A stretch of DNA of 63,119 bases, filler included, from Chiloscyllium plagiosum (GCF_004010195.1; 5 parts of one record of this genome joined end to end with filler, not necessarily neighbours in it), one strand, 5' to 3'; positions 1 to 13,715 are shown, counted from the whole stretch's first letter. Numbers and translations are program-made. Notes: generated by a model from the sequence alone, not told the origin.

Positions 1-216
1 CTCTCCTCCCTGACCTATCACCTTCATCCCCTCCCCCACTCACCCATTGTACTCTATGTTCCTTTCCCCCACCCCCCACCTTCCTCTAGCTTATCTCTCC
101 ATGCTTCAACTCATTGCCTTTATTCCCGATGAAGGGCTTTTGCCCGAAAAGTCGATTTCGAAGCTCCTTGGATGCTGCCTGAACTGCTGTGCTCTTCCAG
201 CACCACTAATCCAGAA
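1..216 (+). mobile_element. Penelope-like element 3' terminus (pLTR) with degenerate hammerhead core
   Basis: Near-identical to 62908-63119 and 40263-40440, which follow GIY-YIG/RT coding sequence; contains CCGATGA-AGGGC-TTTT-GCCC-GAAAAGTC at 126-153. Confidence 0.8.
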
Positions 217-789
217 CTTCAGTTAAATCCCCTGTAGGATGCTGAGAGTTAATTTGATGGATTGTTTGCCAAGTCGAAATCTTATGACATCCAGAGCTAA
301 TAGACCAGAGGCTACAAGTGTTTCGAATTTAGAATCAGAATTCTCTACGTTTGTGTTTCGCCAGCAGCTGAAGATGGTTAGACTAAGGACTCTACCTTGA
401 GCTTTGTTTAGAGCACCTGCAGTGAATTCCTTGGACAGGCGTGATTTGCCTCCAACAATCAAAATTGTGTTCCATGTTCTCAATATCACTTCAGCCTTTC
501 TGTGATTCCAACTGACTTTAGTTTTATTTCGATTCATTAATGCCACACTTCTTCAAGGGCTCTTTTTATGATCAGGTTAACCACACTCATCCTCAACCAT
601 AGAATTCAGTTTTTCTATGCATGTTTCGACCAAGCAGATAATGAGATAGGAGTGGAGCAGTTCTGGCGAAACGGAGCAACAGTGAGCTGGTTATTGGTGA
701 GTAGGTGCTGTGGAATAGCATTGTCAATGACACATTCTATCAGTTTGCTAATGATTTAGAATAGATTGGATTGTAATTTACTGGATTGA

Positions 790-1090
790 ATTTGTATTGC
801 TTTTTGTGGTTAGGATGTACTTGGGCAATTTTCCATTTTGGGTTGATGCCAGTATTGTAATCTATCACTGTCTTCCAATGGTATGAACCTCTTTGTACTA
901 TTTACTGTATCAACTAACTTAATACTTGCAGCAAACTTCGGTATATGGCTTTCTATTCCTTCATCCAAGTTATTTATAAATATTGTAAAAGAACAGGGAC
1001 TCCTGATGTATTCTCGGGGGACATCATTAATCACATTTTGCCATTTTCCTCTGTATCCTCCCTCCTAAACCGACTCCTTTGTTGCCTCCA
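790..1090 (-). mobile_element. Degenerate CR1-type LINE RT fragment
   Basis: ORF 810-1034 has FTIFINNLDEGIESHIPKFA, matching the CR1 RT motif before FADD. Confidence 0.7.
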
Positions 1091-1379
1091 ATTCTAGCTT
1101 TGACTACTTTCAGTGTGCATTGTTATTTTCTGTAAGTTATTTTAATAATGCATATCAACATGAACATACTCTTATTTTCTGGGTTGGTTCCTTTCTCAGA
1201 AACTTCAACATGATTTACACAATGATTTACGTCTGGCTCTGTTGATCAGTTTCTGTTTGTCCAAACACTTTATCACTCTCCCTCATTAAATGCTAATCAA
1301 TTGAAGCTGTTTGACATCAGTTGAGATAACTTGAAAAAAAAATTGCTTTAATTGCTGCAAAGCCTGAGTTCATTTTTTA

Positions 1380-1615
1380 TTTTAGATTACTTAGTGTGGA
1401 AACAGGCCCTTCAGCCCCACAAGTCCACACCGACCCACCCCCAACCAGACCCATTCCCCTACCTTTACCCCTGCACCTAACACTAATGGCAATTTAGCCT
1501 GGTCAGTTCACCTAACCTGCACATTTTTGGACTGTGGGAGGAAACCGGAGCACCCGGAGGAAACCCACACAGACACAGGGAGAACGTGCAAACTCCACAC
1601 AGTCAGTCGCCTGAC
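1380..1615 (-). mobile_element. HE1-type V-SINE, 5'-truncated
   Basis: V-domain (GGGAGGAAACCGGAGCACCCGGAGGAAACCCAC...TGCAAACTCCACACAG) plus LINE-derived tail; homologous to 38018-38302. Confidence 0.8.
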
Positions 1616-1904
1616 ACGCACACACTTTAGAAATGTACCATGAAGACTCCTAATGCCGCATCGCAACACTACACACTTCATCCTTTCATGTGCTAATTGT
1701 CTGCCCATTCTCATCGTCTATCTATGTACCAGTAGAAGTTGAGATTGGAGATGTTGCCAGGAAGCATGCAGCATCGTCTACTATTTCCTACTTGTGTCCT
1801 GTGATCTACAATTAGGTCCCTCTGTTTCTTCAGCTTTTCAGGTCATCACTTTCTTACGCTTTTGTAGAACCTCCTTCCAGCAAATCTGTACGTTATAAAG
1901 GTTT

Positions 1905-2390
1905 TTATTCATTTAACAAATGTGGACTTTGTTGGCTTGGCAAGCATTTCTTGCCCTTGGGTTGCTCTGGTAAAGAGGTGGTGAGCTCCTTTTTGAACCA
2001 AAGCAATGCAACTAGTGTAGGTAGATTCCAAGGTTATTATTAAGGGAATTACTGATGGAAAGGTGACATATATCCAACTCAGGATTGTGAGTGGCTTGGA
2101 GGGGAACTTGCATGGTGGTGTTCCCATGTATCTGCTCCCCTACACCTTCTGGGCAGCAATTGTCATGGGTTAGAAGGCACTATGCAAGGAGCCTTTGATT
2201 TCTGGAGTGCATCTTGTTGATGGTACACTGTGCTTGTACTGATGGAGGAGGGAGTAGATGTTTGTGGATGTGGTGCCAATCAATCAGGCTGCTCTTTCCT
2301 GGACGGTGTGAAGCTCATTAAGTATTGTTGTGGCTACACTCATCCAGGAGCACTGGGGGTATTCCATCACACTCTTGACTTGTGTCTTGC
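1905..2390 (-). mobile_element. Old CR1/L2-group LINE 3' region
   Basis: Shares GGCTTGGAGGGGAACTTGCA..GTGGTGTTCCCATG block with 9520-9820, 26510-26950 and 31140-31990; the last extends into RT-like coding (GPTIFNYYINDL). Confidence 0.6.
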
Positions 2391-2391
2391 A

Positions 2392-3098
2392 AGACAGTTA
2401 CTAGCGGAGTACCACAAGGATATGTTTTGGGTCCATTGTTTGCCATTTACACAAATGACCTGGATGAGGGCATTGAAGGATGGGTGAGTAAATTTGCGGG
2501 TGACACTAAGGTCAGTCGAGTTGTGAATAATGACGAAGGATGTTGTAGGTTACAGAGAGACATAGATAAGCTGCAGAGTGGGCTGAAAGGTGGAAAATGG
2601 AGTTTAATATGAAAAAGTGAGGTGATTCACTTTGGAAGGAGTACCAGGAATGCAGAGCTTTGGGCTAATGGCAAGATTCTTGGTATGTAGATGAGCAGAG
2701 AGATCTGTGTCCAGGTACATATTTATTGGTAGAGGGATTGAGTTTCAGAACCGTGAGATCATGCTGTAGCTGTACAAAACTCTGGTGGCCACAAATGGAG
2801 TATTGCATACAGTTCTGTTCACCGCATTATAGGAAGGATGTGGAAGCTTTGGATAGAGGTCAGAGGAGATTTACTAGGATGTTGCCTGCTATGGAGGGAA
2901 GGTCTTACGAGGAAAGGCTGAGGGACTTGAAGCTATTTTCGTTACTGAGAAGATTGGATGAGAGGCAACTTTATTGAGATATATAAAATAATCAGAGGAT
3001 TAGATGGGCTGGACAGTTAGAGCCTTTTTCCCCGGATGGTGATGGCAATGGCTAGCACGAGGGGACATAGCTTTAAATTGAGAGGTGATAGATATAAG
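2392..3098 (+). mobile_element. CR1/HER1 LINE RT 3' fragment
   Basis: VTSGVPQGYVLGPLFAIYTNDLDEG..SKFAGDTK and EYCIQFCSPHYRKDVEAL motifs, frameshifted. Confidence 0.9.
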
Positions 3099-4749
3099 TC
3101 AAAGATTCCAAAGATTCTGTGAAGGAAAATGGATGAAATTTAAATTAACTTAGTATGACTGCTCAGTATCAAATGAAAAATGGGAATAGTGGCTGAACTG
3201 ATTGAAAGGGGAGGATGGGGCTAGTGATGTTGTATGGTTTCTTTTTTGCTCTCCAATTTCTAAAGATAATCAATATCACAGAAATTGGATTTTTTTTTTC
3301 GGTGGGGGGAGCCTTCTGTTGCTTTTCGTGATTTGGGACCTTTTTCTTGATGCTGCCACTGATCGAGCTGAACTGACTAGCATTTGAAAACTTGTAGTTA
3401 AATGGCCCATTGTCTCAGTCCAGGACATGATATTTTACAATATTAGTCTAGTGGTTAATTAACTTTACCACACTTTCACCATGACTGAGTGACTCCATTC
3501 ATGCTGGGGATGTTGGATCTAATGGCATTAATTCATCGGCACGACTAGAAATTCACTTGAAACTGTAACCTGAAACATATATTTTCTGAGATTTGGGTTA
3601 GGGAATGCAAAAAAAGTGTTTTTAAAAAAAAAACAGCAGAATGAAGAAATAAAATTATTACGTTCAGATTTTACTGACACATTACACATTTACGGATGTG
3701 GTAATAACTTAGAGATTGGAAATTGGTCGAGAAAAGTTGTTCATCTAAATGATTTATTTTCCTTCACCACTTAGTGGAACTCACTGCTCTATTATCTGAA
3801 AGTGTTTCCTGCATTTACAAATGCTTGAATGATGGTATAAAGTACTGCAACAGCAAATGATTGTTAACTTTGAGTATCCATTCTGCATTCTGTGATGGCA
3901 ATCTTATTAGTCTTAGAAAAAATAAGTGTGCATTCCAGTGTAGCAGAATTACTTTATTTATTTCATCATGCTTTCTTGAGTACTTGACAATAACTCTATA
4001 TTTCAATCCATGAAAGCAAGAAAAAAATGGAAATTCTGCCATGCATCTTGAGAAAACAACCATTAAATATTTATGAAATACAGATTGAGCAGGCCAGCTA
4101 TATGGATCATAATTATACATAGGATTGAATTTGTTGTGTTGCAGTGAACATTGAGTGCTTTTTTTATAATTAATGAAGGTTCCTCATGACATGTTGGGAA
4201 TAATCCTATGTTAGTTTTAACCATCAGCCTGGAATAGCTAGTGGCCCAAAACATTGCTTGACCTTGTCTATTGAGTACTTTCGCCAGATGATCTGGGAAA
4301 GATTGGAACTTGAGTTTGGATTTTGAGACATTAATTTGGCTGAAATAAGTTAGAATACCAATGTCGGTTTATGCATTCTTGGAAAGAGTAAGAGAGCAAG
4401 AGGGAGAACCATCCTTAGCTTTTTGGGGTAAAATTTAGGATTGGATTGTGTTATTTAAATGTCAATGAAATATGAATTTAGCAAAATATGTGAAAGATTG
4501 CTCAAACTGAACAGAGTTTGGACACAGCATAACAGAAGTACAGTTGAGGAAACCATTTGACTCAGCAACTTAGAATCCCTTTTAAACCTTTGCCCTCTCC
4601 CCTTAAATCTATGTCCTCTTGTTTTGGACTTTCCGACCCGAGGGGCAAAAAATGTTAGCAATTCCCTTTCTTTATGGCCCGCATTACTTTATAAACCGCT
4701 ATTTAGTTACTCCTCGGCCTCCTACAATCCAGGAAATAAATTTAGTTGA

Positions 4750-4875
4750 CAACCACTTGATGAAGGAGCAGCACTCTGGAAGCTAATGCTTCCAAATAAA
4801 CCTTTTGGACTATAACCTGGTGTTGTGATTTTTAACTTTGTACACCCCAGTCCAACACCGGCATCTCCAAATCAA
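4750..4875 (+). mobile_element. Short Penelope-derived element (family B) 3' end
   Basis: TTGATGAAGGAGCAGCACTCTGGAAGCTA...GGACTATAACCTGGTGTTG; same family as 21159-21357. Confidence 0.7.
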
Positions 4876-4879
4876 GCAT

Positions 4880-6950
4880 GTCAAACACCTCCTTTACCAC
4901 CATGTCTACCTGATGCTACTATGTTTCTATCCCCCGAGGTCTCTTTATTCAACAACACTCCATAGGGCCCTACCATTAACTGTCTAAGTCCTGCCCTGAT
5001 TTGTCTCTTCAAAATGCAAGACATCGCATTTATTTAAATTTCAAGTCCATCTGCTGTTCCTCTTAGATAAATTTCTTCAATATCCACTATACCACCAATT
5101 CTGATCTCATCCGCAAATGTAGTAACCAGGCCTCCTATATTCTAAGCTGAAAAATGTGTTGCTGGAAAAGCGCAGCAGGTCAGGCAGCGTCCAAGGAACA
5201 GGAGAATCGACGTTTCGGGCATAAGCCCTTCTAACAGAAACGTCGATTCTCCTGCTCCTTGGATGCTGCCTGACCTGCGTGCTTTTCCAGCAACACATTT
5301 TTCAGCTCTGACCTCCAGCATCTGCAGTCCTCACTTTGTCCTCCTATATTCTAATCCAAATCATTTATATAAATGACTAGCAACATTAGACCAACTGATC
5401 CTTGTGGCACACTGCTGGTCATAGGCCTCCAGTCTGAACAACAACCATCCATCACCACTCTGTTGTCTCCTGTCAATCCAATTTTGTATCCAATTGTCCA
5501 ATAGTCTCGCTGTCCCTGGATCTCATGTAATCTCATTTTATGAACTAGTCTACCATGCCGAACCATGTCAAAGGCCTTGCTAAAGTCCATGTAGAAAATG
5601 TCTACCACTCATGTATCTTCTTGGTCACCTCTTCAAAAGACTTAATCAAGTTACTGAGATACTACTTTCCATACACAAAACTATACTTCGTATCCCTGAA
5701 CAGTCCTTTCCTTTCCAAATGCATGCAGATCCTGTGTCTCAGAATCCTGACCCACCACTGACATCAGGCTCACCGTCTGTAGTACCCTGTCTTTTCCTTG
5801 CTGCATTTCTTAAATAATAGCACAACATGAAACCCCTCCAGTTTTCTAGCACCTGACTCATGATTGCTGATGAAATAAATATCACTATGAGGGGCCTTCA
5901 AATGTCTTCCTGTGTTTCCCATGTGTCCTAGGAAACACTTAATGAAGTACTGGCAATGTATTTTGGTATTTGAAGACCTCCACCTCTCATTTTCTGGAAT
6001 GTGGACTTTTTTTCCCCCAAAATATTTATTTACTGAGTTCCCTAACATCCATGCTTTTGTCCACACTAAATACTGATGGAAATATCATTTAGGATTTCAC
6101 CCATCTCCTCTTGCTCGGCATATCGGTGGCCTCATTGATCTTTAAGGGGCCATATTCTCTCACTAGTTACTGCCTCATGCATAATGTATTTAGAGAATCT
6201 CTTTGGATTCCCCTTAACCTTATCTGCCAAAACTACTTCATGTCCCCATTTTTCCCTCCCGATTTCCCCCTGTGTACTCCGACTCTCAATATATTGCTAA
6301 AGAGTTTCACTTGATCTTAGCCATCCATACCTGACACATGTCTCCTCCCTTTTTCTTGACCAGAGCCTCAATATCTTTAGTTATCCAGTGTGCCCTATTC
6401 CGACCAGCCTTGCTCTTCACACTGACAGGAACATGCTGTCCCAGTCCTCTGTCATTATCTCAAACCCTCTATTCCCAGCAACATCTTGATAAATCTCTTT
6501 TGAACTCTCTCCAGCTTAATAATATCCTTCCTACAACACAGCGACCAGAACTGGACACAATCCTCTCGAAAAGGCCTCACCAATATCTTGTACAACTCAA
6601 CATAATGTCCCAACTTCTATACTCAAAGACTAAGCAATGAAGGCAATTGTGTTAAACGCCTTCTTAACCACCCTATCTATATGTGATGCAAACTTCAAAG
6701 AATTATGTGTGGAATCCTTAGATCTCTCTGTTCTACAATACTACTAGGGCACTACCATTAATTGTATAAGTCCTGCCCTTGTTTGTTTTACTAAAATGCA
6801 ATACCTTGCATTTATCCAAGTTATGCTCCATCTGCCATGCTTCAGCACTTTGACCCAACTGATCAAGATCGCTTTGTAATCTTAGATTACTTTCTTCATT
6901 GTCTACTACACTACCAATTTTGGTGGTAATTTGCAAACTTACCAACCATG
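4880..6950 (-). mobile_element. Degenerate CR1 LINE fragments (RT), interrupted by a fold-back element
   Basis: YMDFSKAFDMVRHGRL..SVPQGSV..IYINDLD (5351-5608); HNLDKCKVLHF (6733-6945). Confidence 0.85.
5146..5339. mobile_element. Fold-back (inverted pLTR) non-autonomous Penelope derivative, family A
   Basis: Long inverted repeat; flanked by 15-bp direct repeat CCTCCTATATTCTAA at 5131-5145 and 5340-5354. Confidence 0.85.
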
Positions 6951-6954
6951 CCTT

Positions 6955-8880
6955 AGATCATACCACATAGGAGTGGAAGTAAGGCCATTCAGCCCATCAG
7001 GTCCACTACACCATTTAATTGTGGCTGAATGGGCATTTCAGCTCCACTTACCTGCACTCACCCCATAGCCGTTAATTCCTTGCGAGATCAAGAATCTATC
7101 AATCTCTGTCTTGAAGACATTTAACATCCCGGCCTCCACTGCACTCCGTGACAATGGATTCCACCTCTCTCTGGCTGAAGAAAAGTCTTCTCATTTCCAT
7201 TCCAAATTGACCCCTTCTAATTCTAAGGCTGTGCCCACTGGTCCTAGTCTCCCTGCCTAATGGAAACAACTTCCCATCGTCCACCCTTTCTAACCAATGC
7301 ATTATCTTGTAAGTTTCTATTAGATCTCCCCTCAACTTCTAACTGTTATGGACTAAGCCAGTCCACTCAAAACATTCTTATGCAGGCAGCTCCAGACCAT
7401 AACTTTGCAATTTCTTTTGGTAAATGTGCAGAGAAAATTACCCAGATTAAGTTAGCTAGGTTGACTACTAGATTTTAAAACAGATAAAAATTTATTCACA
7501 ACATTACACAATGAAACACAAAACAGAATAAAGAACCCCTACAGAACTCAACCTATCCAACTAGACTTAATTCTGCTGTTCTGAATATACACAACAGTCT
7601 CAATTAACAAACTCCCTTTAAAACCCAGTCTCAATGCAACACGTGCTTACAGGTTGAAGTTGAAGGGCAGAAAACAGTTTCCACATAGCTCCCTGTTGAA
7701 ATTCCCAATTCAAGACTGACCTAAAACTGCTCAACTCAGCTAAAGAGCTGACCATTCCCCTTTAATATACAGGTCACTTCTGAAACATGACCAGTTTGGC
7801 CTGAAGTCTCATCTGTTTACATGTAAACAAAAGGCCTCTCAATATCCTTGTCATCCGCTGCACCAAACCAGGCTGATCAGAGCCCAGCCCAGTTTATTGC
7901 CCCTGTGAAAAAAATCAAGGACAGAGTCTCCTTGAGCAAGGAACAGCTTTTAGGAAAGAAGGGACTAGCTTCGTGACAAATTAATACAATCCCAGGATCT
8001 TCAGCCATTCATTGTATGTTAGGCCAACTGTTCCAGGGATCATCTGTGTGCATCTCAGCTGGACACACTGCAGTGCCAGTATGCCATTCATGAGCTATGG
8101 GACCCAAAATTGGACACCGCATTTTAAATGGGGCCTAACGAGAGCTTTATAAAGTCAAAGAAGCACATTGCTGCTTTTATATTCTTGAGATAAATGACGA
8201 CATTACATTCGCTTTCTTAATCACGGACTCAACCTGCAAGTCAACCTTTAGAGAATCCTGGACTAGCACTTCCAGATCCCTTTGTGCCTGGGCTTTACGA
8301 ATTTTCTCACCGTTTGGAAAATAGTCCATGCCTGTATTCTTTTTTCCAAAGTGCTAAACCTCACATTTGCTCACATTGACTTCCATCTGTCTAAATCTTT
8401 CTGCAGCTTCCCCACCACCTCAGTACTACCGTGCCTGTCCACCTAACCTCGTATCATCGGAATACTTCGTCAGAATGCCTCCTGTCCCTCCATCTAGATC
8501 ATTAATATATAAAGTGAACAGCTGCAGCCCCAACATTGAACCCTGTGAGCCACAACTTGTCACCGGCTGCCATTCTGAAAAAGAACCTTTTATCCCAACT
8601 CTCTGCCTTCTGTCAGACAGCCAATCCTCAATCCATGCCAGTAGCTCACCTTGAACAGCATGGGCCCTCACCTTACTCAGCAGCTTCCCATGAGGCACTT
8701 TATCAAAAGTCTTTTGGAAGTTGTTATAGATAACATTTACTGGGTTTCCCTGGTCTAACCTACTTGTTATCTCTCCAAAGGATTTTAATAGGTTTGTCAG
8801 GCATGACCTCCCCTACTAAATCCATGCTGACTTGCTCTAATCTGACCCTGCATTTCTAAGTATTTAGAAAACTCATCATT
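6955..8880 (-). mobile_element. CR1/HER1 LINE 3' half, split by a solo LTR
   Basis: Reverse complement closely resembles 11440-12790; GDLIETYKIM..RTSGHSLRI and PHGKLLSKV..YSDDTRLGG peptides. Confidence 0.9.
7344..7978 (-). mobile_element. Probable solo LTR
   Basis: Bounded by TGTTA...TGACA; interrupts the CR1 copy, which resumes on the other side; AATAAA on the minus strand near 7491; non-coding. Confidence 0.6.
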
Positions 8881-9199
8881 AATGAACCTTAATATCCCCC
8901 AATTATAGAATCCCCTTTTCAATACTTTTCTTTTTGCTCTCCCCTCTTGAGAGGCCTTCTCTTTCATGGTGCCATGGTCAGCTGGCTCATCATGTCCATA
9001 GCCCTTTTCATCATCCATACAGGGAACAAAAATCTCATTCCTGTTGGATAAGGTCAAGGGCTGAGGCTATCTCTGCTGTATTCTTGCCTGCCTTGTATAT
9101 TTAATTTGGTCTCTAGAATTCTGTACAAGCTCCAAACTTCTCTCTTGCCTTATTGACTTGCTAATAGGAGGCAGAGGATAGTAGTAGAAGGGTATTTTT

Positions 9200-9525
9200 C
9201 TGTCTGGAGTGGATAGTGTGGAAGGTTGGAGGACCTGTTTGGGCATTATGAAGCACTAGGCAGGAAATTGAAGCACAGGTCCTCAAGGGTCATAATCTCC
9301 GGATTACTGCCGAACCCACGTGCCAATTGGCATAGGGACAAGAAAAGTAGGCAAGTAAACACGTGGCTAAGGGATTGGTGTGGGAAAGAGGGATTCCACT
9401 TCATGGGGCATTGGCATCAGTTTTGGAACAGGGGGGATCTGTACCGTGGGGACGGTCTCCACCTGAACCGATCAGGTACCAATGTTCTAGCGAAGAGGAT
9501 AAATAGGGTGGTCAGTAGGACTACT
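9200..9525 (+). mobile_element. CR1 ORF1 SGNH-esterase domain fragment
   Basis: VIISGLLP.PRA..VNTWLRDWCGKEGFHF..DLYRGDGLHLNRSGT.VLA, the typical CR1 ORF1 esterase signature (DGLHL). Confidence 0.85.
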
Positions 9526-10499
9526 GTGGATTGATCCACAATGCCATTGGGAATGGAATTCCAGGATTTTGGAGCAACAGACAGTGAAGGAACAGCGATA
9601 TATTTCCAAGTCAGGCTTGGAGGGGAACATGAGGTTGGTGATGTTCCTATATATCTGCTGCCCTTATCCTTCTAGATGGGAGTAGTCATGGATTTGGAAG
9701 GTACTGTCTGAGAATCTTTGATGAATTTCTGCAGTGCATCTTGTAGACAGCACATACCACTGTTCCTGAGCATCCGGCGTGAAGTGAGTGGATGCTTGTG
9801 GATGTAGTAGCAATCTTGTGTGTCTCCAGAAGGCATTTGATAAATGCTAACTAAAGTTGAAGTGCATGAAATTAAGGTAAAGTATTGACCTAGTTAGGAC
9901 ATTGTCTAAGCAGCAGAAGACAAAGATTAGGGATGATATGCAGGTACACTGTTTGGCAAGGTAGATACTCTTTATTTTTATCCATTTGGGGGAATCAATA
10001 CCTCCAGCAATCAGAAAATCATAAGCGGAAAAAATAGCCAATCATTCTGAACAAAAAAAGGATTCAAATTAAGACGAGAGGTCTGATCTAAAACTAATCT
10101 AAAGTTTTGGGGACTTCCAAAAAAAAACACTAGCTGCAAAATAAACCTAAAATTCCAAGTCTTAGGCATGACAGTGTTTATGGGACACTGCATACTTATT
10201 GTTTTGCTTTCTTGTTATTATTAAAATGGCATAATAACTATAAATGTAAAAACAAATCAGACCTAATTGACAAAGTATGGTGAGTTCAAATTAGTAAGGA
10301 CAAATTATTGTAAGTTCTGCACACAAAGATTGATTAACACATCAAATGGATTCTGAAGAAGCGACTAGGGTGAAACTGTGGAATTAGTGAAGAAACAATC
10401 GAATGTTGCATTAGTGATAAATTTCAAGGTCCTTTTGGATGCATGAACTAAGAAAAGTTAAATGTTGGGCCTTCTTCATCTATGATTATCTTGAGATAT

Positions 10500-12795
10500 C
10501 TCAAGTAAGGGAACCCTTAGGAAGTAGCGATCATAATATGGTAGAGTTCAGTCTGGAGTTTGAAAGGGAGAAGGCAAAATCGGATGTAATGGTGTTACAG
10601 TTGAATAAAGGTAATTATGAGGGCATGAGAGAGGAACTGACTAAAATAGACTGGAAGCAGAGGCTAACTGGGAAGACAGTAGAGCAAAAATGGCAGGAGT
10701 TTGTAGGTATAATTGAGGACACTGTTCATTCCCAAGAAAAGAAAGATTAACCGGGGAGGGATTAGACAACCTTGGCTGACAAAGGAAGTCAGGAAATGTA
10801 TTAAAGAAAAAGAGAGATCCTATAAAGTGGCTAAGAACAGTGGGAAATCAGAAGATTGGGAGGGATACAAAAGCAAACAGAGGATAACAAAGAGTGTAAT
10901 AAGAAATTAGAGGATCAAATATGAAGGTAGGCTAGCCAGAAATTTTAGAAATAATAGTAAAAGTTTCTTTCAGTACATAAGAAACAAATGGCAGGCAAAA
11001 GTAGACATTGGGCCACTTCAAACTGATGCAGGAAGCCTAGTGATGGGAGATAAGGAAATAGCAGGAGAACTTAACAAGTACTTTGCGTCAGTCTTCACAG
11101 TGGAAGACATGAGTAATATCCCAAAAATTAAAGGGTGTCACGGGGCTGAGTTGAGTATGGTTGCCATTACGAAAGAGATAGTGCTAGAAAAGTTAAAAAG
11201 TCTTAAAATTGATAAATCTCCTGGCCCCGATGGGATACACCCTAGAGTTCTGAGAGAGGTGGCTGAGGAAATAGCAGAGGCATTGGTTGAGATCTTTCAA
11301 GAGTCACTGGAGTCAGGAAAGGTCCCGGATGATTATAAGATGGCTGTTGTAACCCCCTTGTTCAAGAAAGGATCAAGGCAAAAGATGGAAAATTATAGGC
11401 CAATCAGCTTAACCTCGGTGGTTGGTAAACTTCTAGAATCCATCATTAAGGATGAGGTTTCTAAATTCTTGGAAGAGCAGAGTCTGATTAGAACAAGTCA
11501 ACATGGATTTAGTAAAGGGAGGTCATGCCTGACAAACCTGTTGGAATTTTTTGCAGAGGTAACAAGTAGGTTAGACCAGGGAAACCCAGTGGATGTGGTC
11601 TATCTCGACTTTCAAAAGGCCTTTGATAAGGTGCCACACGGGAGGCTGCTGAGCAAGGTGATGGCCCATGGTGTTCGAGGTGAGCTGCTGGGATGGATTG
11701 AGGATTGGCTGTCTAACAGAAGGCAGAGAGTTGGGATAAAAGGTTCTTTTTCAGAATGGCAGCCGGTGACGAGCGGTGTCCCGCAGGGTTCGGTGCTGGG
11801 GCCACAGCTGTTCGCATTATATATTTAATGATTTGGATGAGGGAACCGGGGGCATTCTAGCGAATTTTGCCGATGATACGAAGTTAGGTGGACAGGCAGG
11901 TAGTACTGAGGAAGTGGGGAGGCTACAGAAGGATCTAGACCGGTTGGGAGAGTGGTCCAGGAAATGGCTGATGGAATTTAACGTGAGCAAGTGCGAGGTC
12001 TTGCACTTTGGCAAAAATAATAAAAGCATAGACTACTTTCTAAATGGTGAGAACATTAATAAAGCCAAAGCACAAAGGGATCTGGGAGTGCTAGTCGAGG
12101 ATTCTCTAAAGGTAAACATGCAGGTTGAGTCCGTGATTAAGAAAGCGAATGCAATGTTGTCTCTTATCTCAAGAGGGTTGGAATATAAAAGCAGAGATGT
12201 ACTACTAAGACTTTATAAAGCTCTGGTTAGGCCCCATTTGGAGTACTGTGTCCAGTTTTGGTCCCCATACCTCAGGAAGGACATACTGGCACTGGAACGT
12301 GTCCAGCGGAGATTTACACGGATGATCCCTGGAATGACAGGTCTAACATATGAGGAACGGCTGAGGATACTGGGATTGTATTCGTTGGAGTTTAGAAGAT
12401 TAAGGGGAGACTTAATAGAGACGTACAAAATAATACATGGCTTGGCAAAGGTGGATGCTAGGAAATTGTTTCCGTTAGACGAGGAGACTAGGACCCGTGG
12501 ACACAGCCTTAGAATTAGAGGGGGTCATTTCAGAACAGAAATGCGGAGATATTTCTTCAGCCAGAGAGTGGTGGGCCTGTGGAATTCATTGCCACGGAGT
12601 GCAGTGGAAGCCGGGATGCTAAATGTCTTCAAGGCCGAGATTGATAGATTCTTGTTGTCTCGAGGAATTAAGGGCTACGAGGAGAACGCTGGTAAGTGGA
12701 GCTGAAATGCGCATCAGCCATGATTGAATGGCGGAGTGGACTCGATGGGCCGAATGGCCTTACTTCCACTCCTTTGTCTTATGGTCTTATGGTCT
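10500..12795 (+). mobile_element. Young 5'-truncated CR1/HER1 LINE (end of endonuclease, RT, 3' tail)
   Basis: LGSSDHN; KSPGPDGIHPRVL; NYRPISLTS; YLDFQKAFDKVPH; SGVPQGSVLGP; FADDTK; frameshift near 11825; (TATGGTCT)n tail. Confidence 0.95.
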
Positions 12796-12799
12796 TGTG

Positions 12800-13715
12800 G
12801 TTGCCAAAGGATACAGCAAGCTATTGGTCTCTTCCAGATATGGGAAGAGAAATGGCAAATGGAGTTTAATGTGGGCAAGTGTGATGTGCTGCACTTTGGG
12901 AGATTAAATGTTGAGGACAAGTATATCGTTAATGGCAGGACCTTGAACAACACATATGAACATTGGCACTTTGTGGTCCAAGTCCACACATTTGGATAGG
13001 TTGACAAAGAAAACATCTGATATGCATGCCTTTATTGGCCGAGACATTGAGGACAAGAGTCAGGATGTCATGTTGTAGCTTTGAGAGGAAGGGTTACCAG
13101 ACTTGAAATGTTGACTCTGATTCTTCTTCACAGATGCTGCCAGACCTGCTCAGGTTTTCCAGCAACTTCTGTTTTTGCAGCTTTATAAGACTTTTGTTAG
13201 GCCATACTTAGATTATTGCACTCAAATTCTGGTCATCATATTAGAAAAAGAACATGGAAGCTTTGGAGAGTGTGGAAGAGGTTTACCAGGATCCTGCCTG
13301 GATTACAGGGGATGAGCTACAATGAGAGGCTTGAAAAACTTGTTGTTTGGAGCAGCTGAGACTTGATTGGAGTCTATAGAGTAATGAGATGCATAGATAA
13401 GGTTGACTGCAAGAATCTTGTTTCCACAGTTGACATTTCTAATACTCAAGTGAGAGGGGAAAGTTAAAAAGAGATGTGATGGGCAATTTTGTTTTACACA
13501 GTGAAAAGAGTCAAGAATGTGCTGCCACAAGTGGCGGTGGAGGCAAATACAACAGGGGTGTTTAAGGGACTTGTAGATAAGCGCACGAATATGCAAGGAA
13601 CGAAGGGATCTGGACCAAGGGCAGGCCAGAAGGGTGTTGTTTAATTTGACATCATGTTTGGCACAACATCGTGGGCCCAAGGCCTGTTCCTGTGCTGTAC
13701 AGTTCCATGTTCTGT
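12800..13715 (+). mobile_element. Older CR1 LINE 3' end with nested short Penelope-type insert (~13083-13175)
   Basis: WQMEFNVGKCDVLHFG; tail GGCCTGTTCCTGTGCTGTAC...TTCCATGTTCTGT. Confidence 0.8.

Noticed and set aside
635..696. Candidate small unc13 exon (AAGCAG acceptor, TTG|GTGAGT donor; DNEIGVEQFWRNGATVSWLL)
   Set aside because: No recognisable homology, and its end phase (0) does not match the phase-2 exon at 41659; needs RNA-seq
11040..12705. Active reverse transcriptase gene
   Set aside because: 5'-truncated with a stop and frameshifts; an ordinary dead CR1 copy
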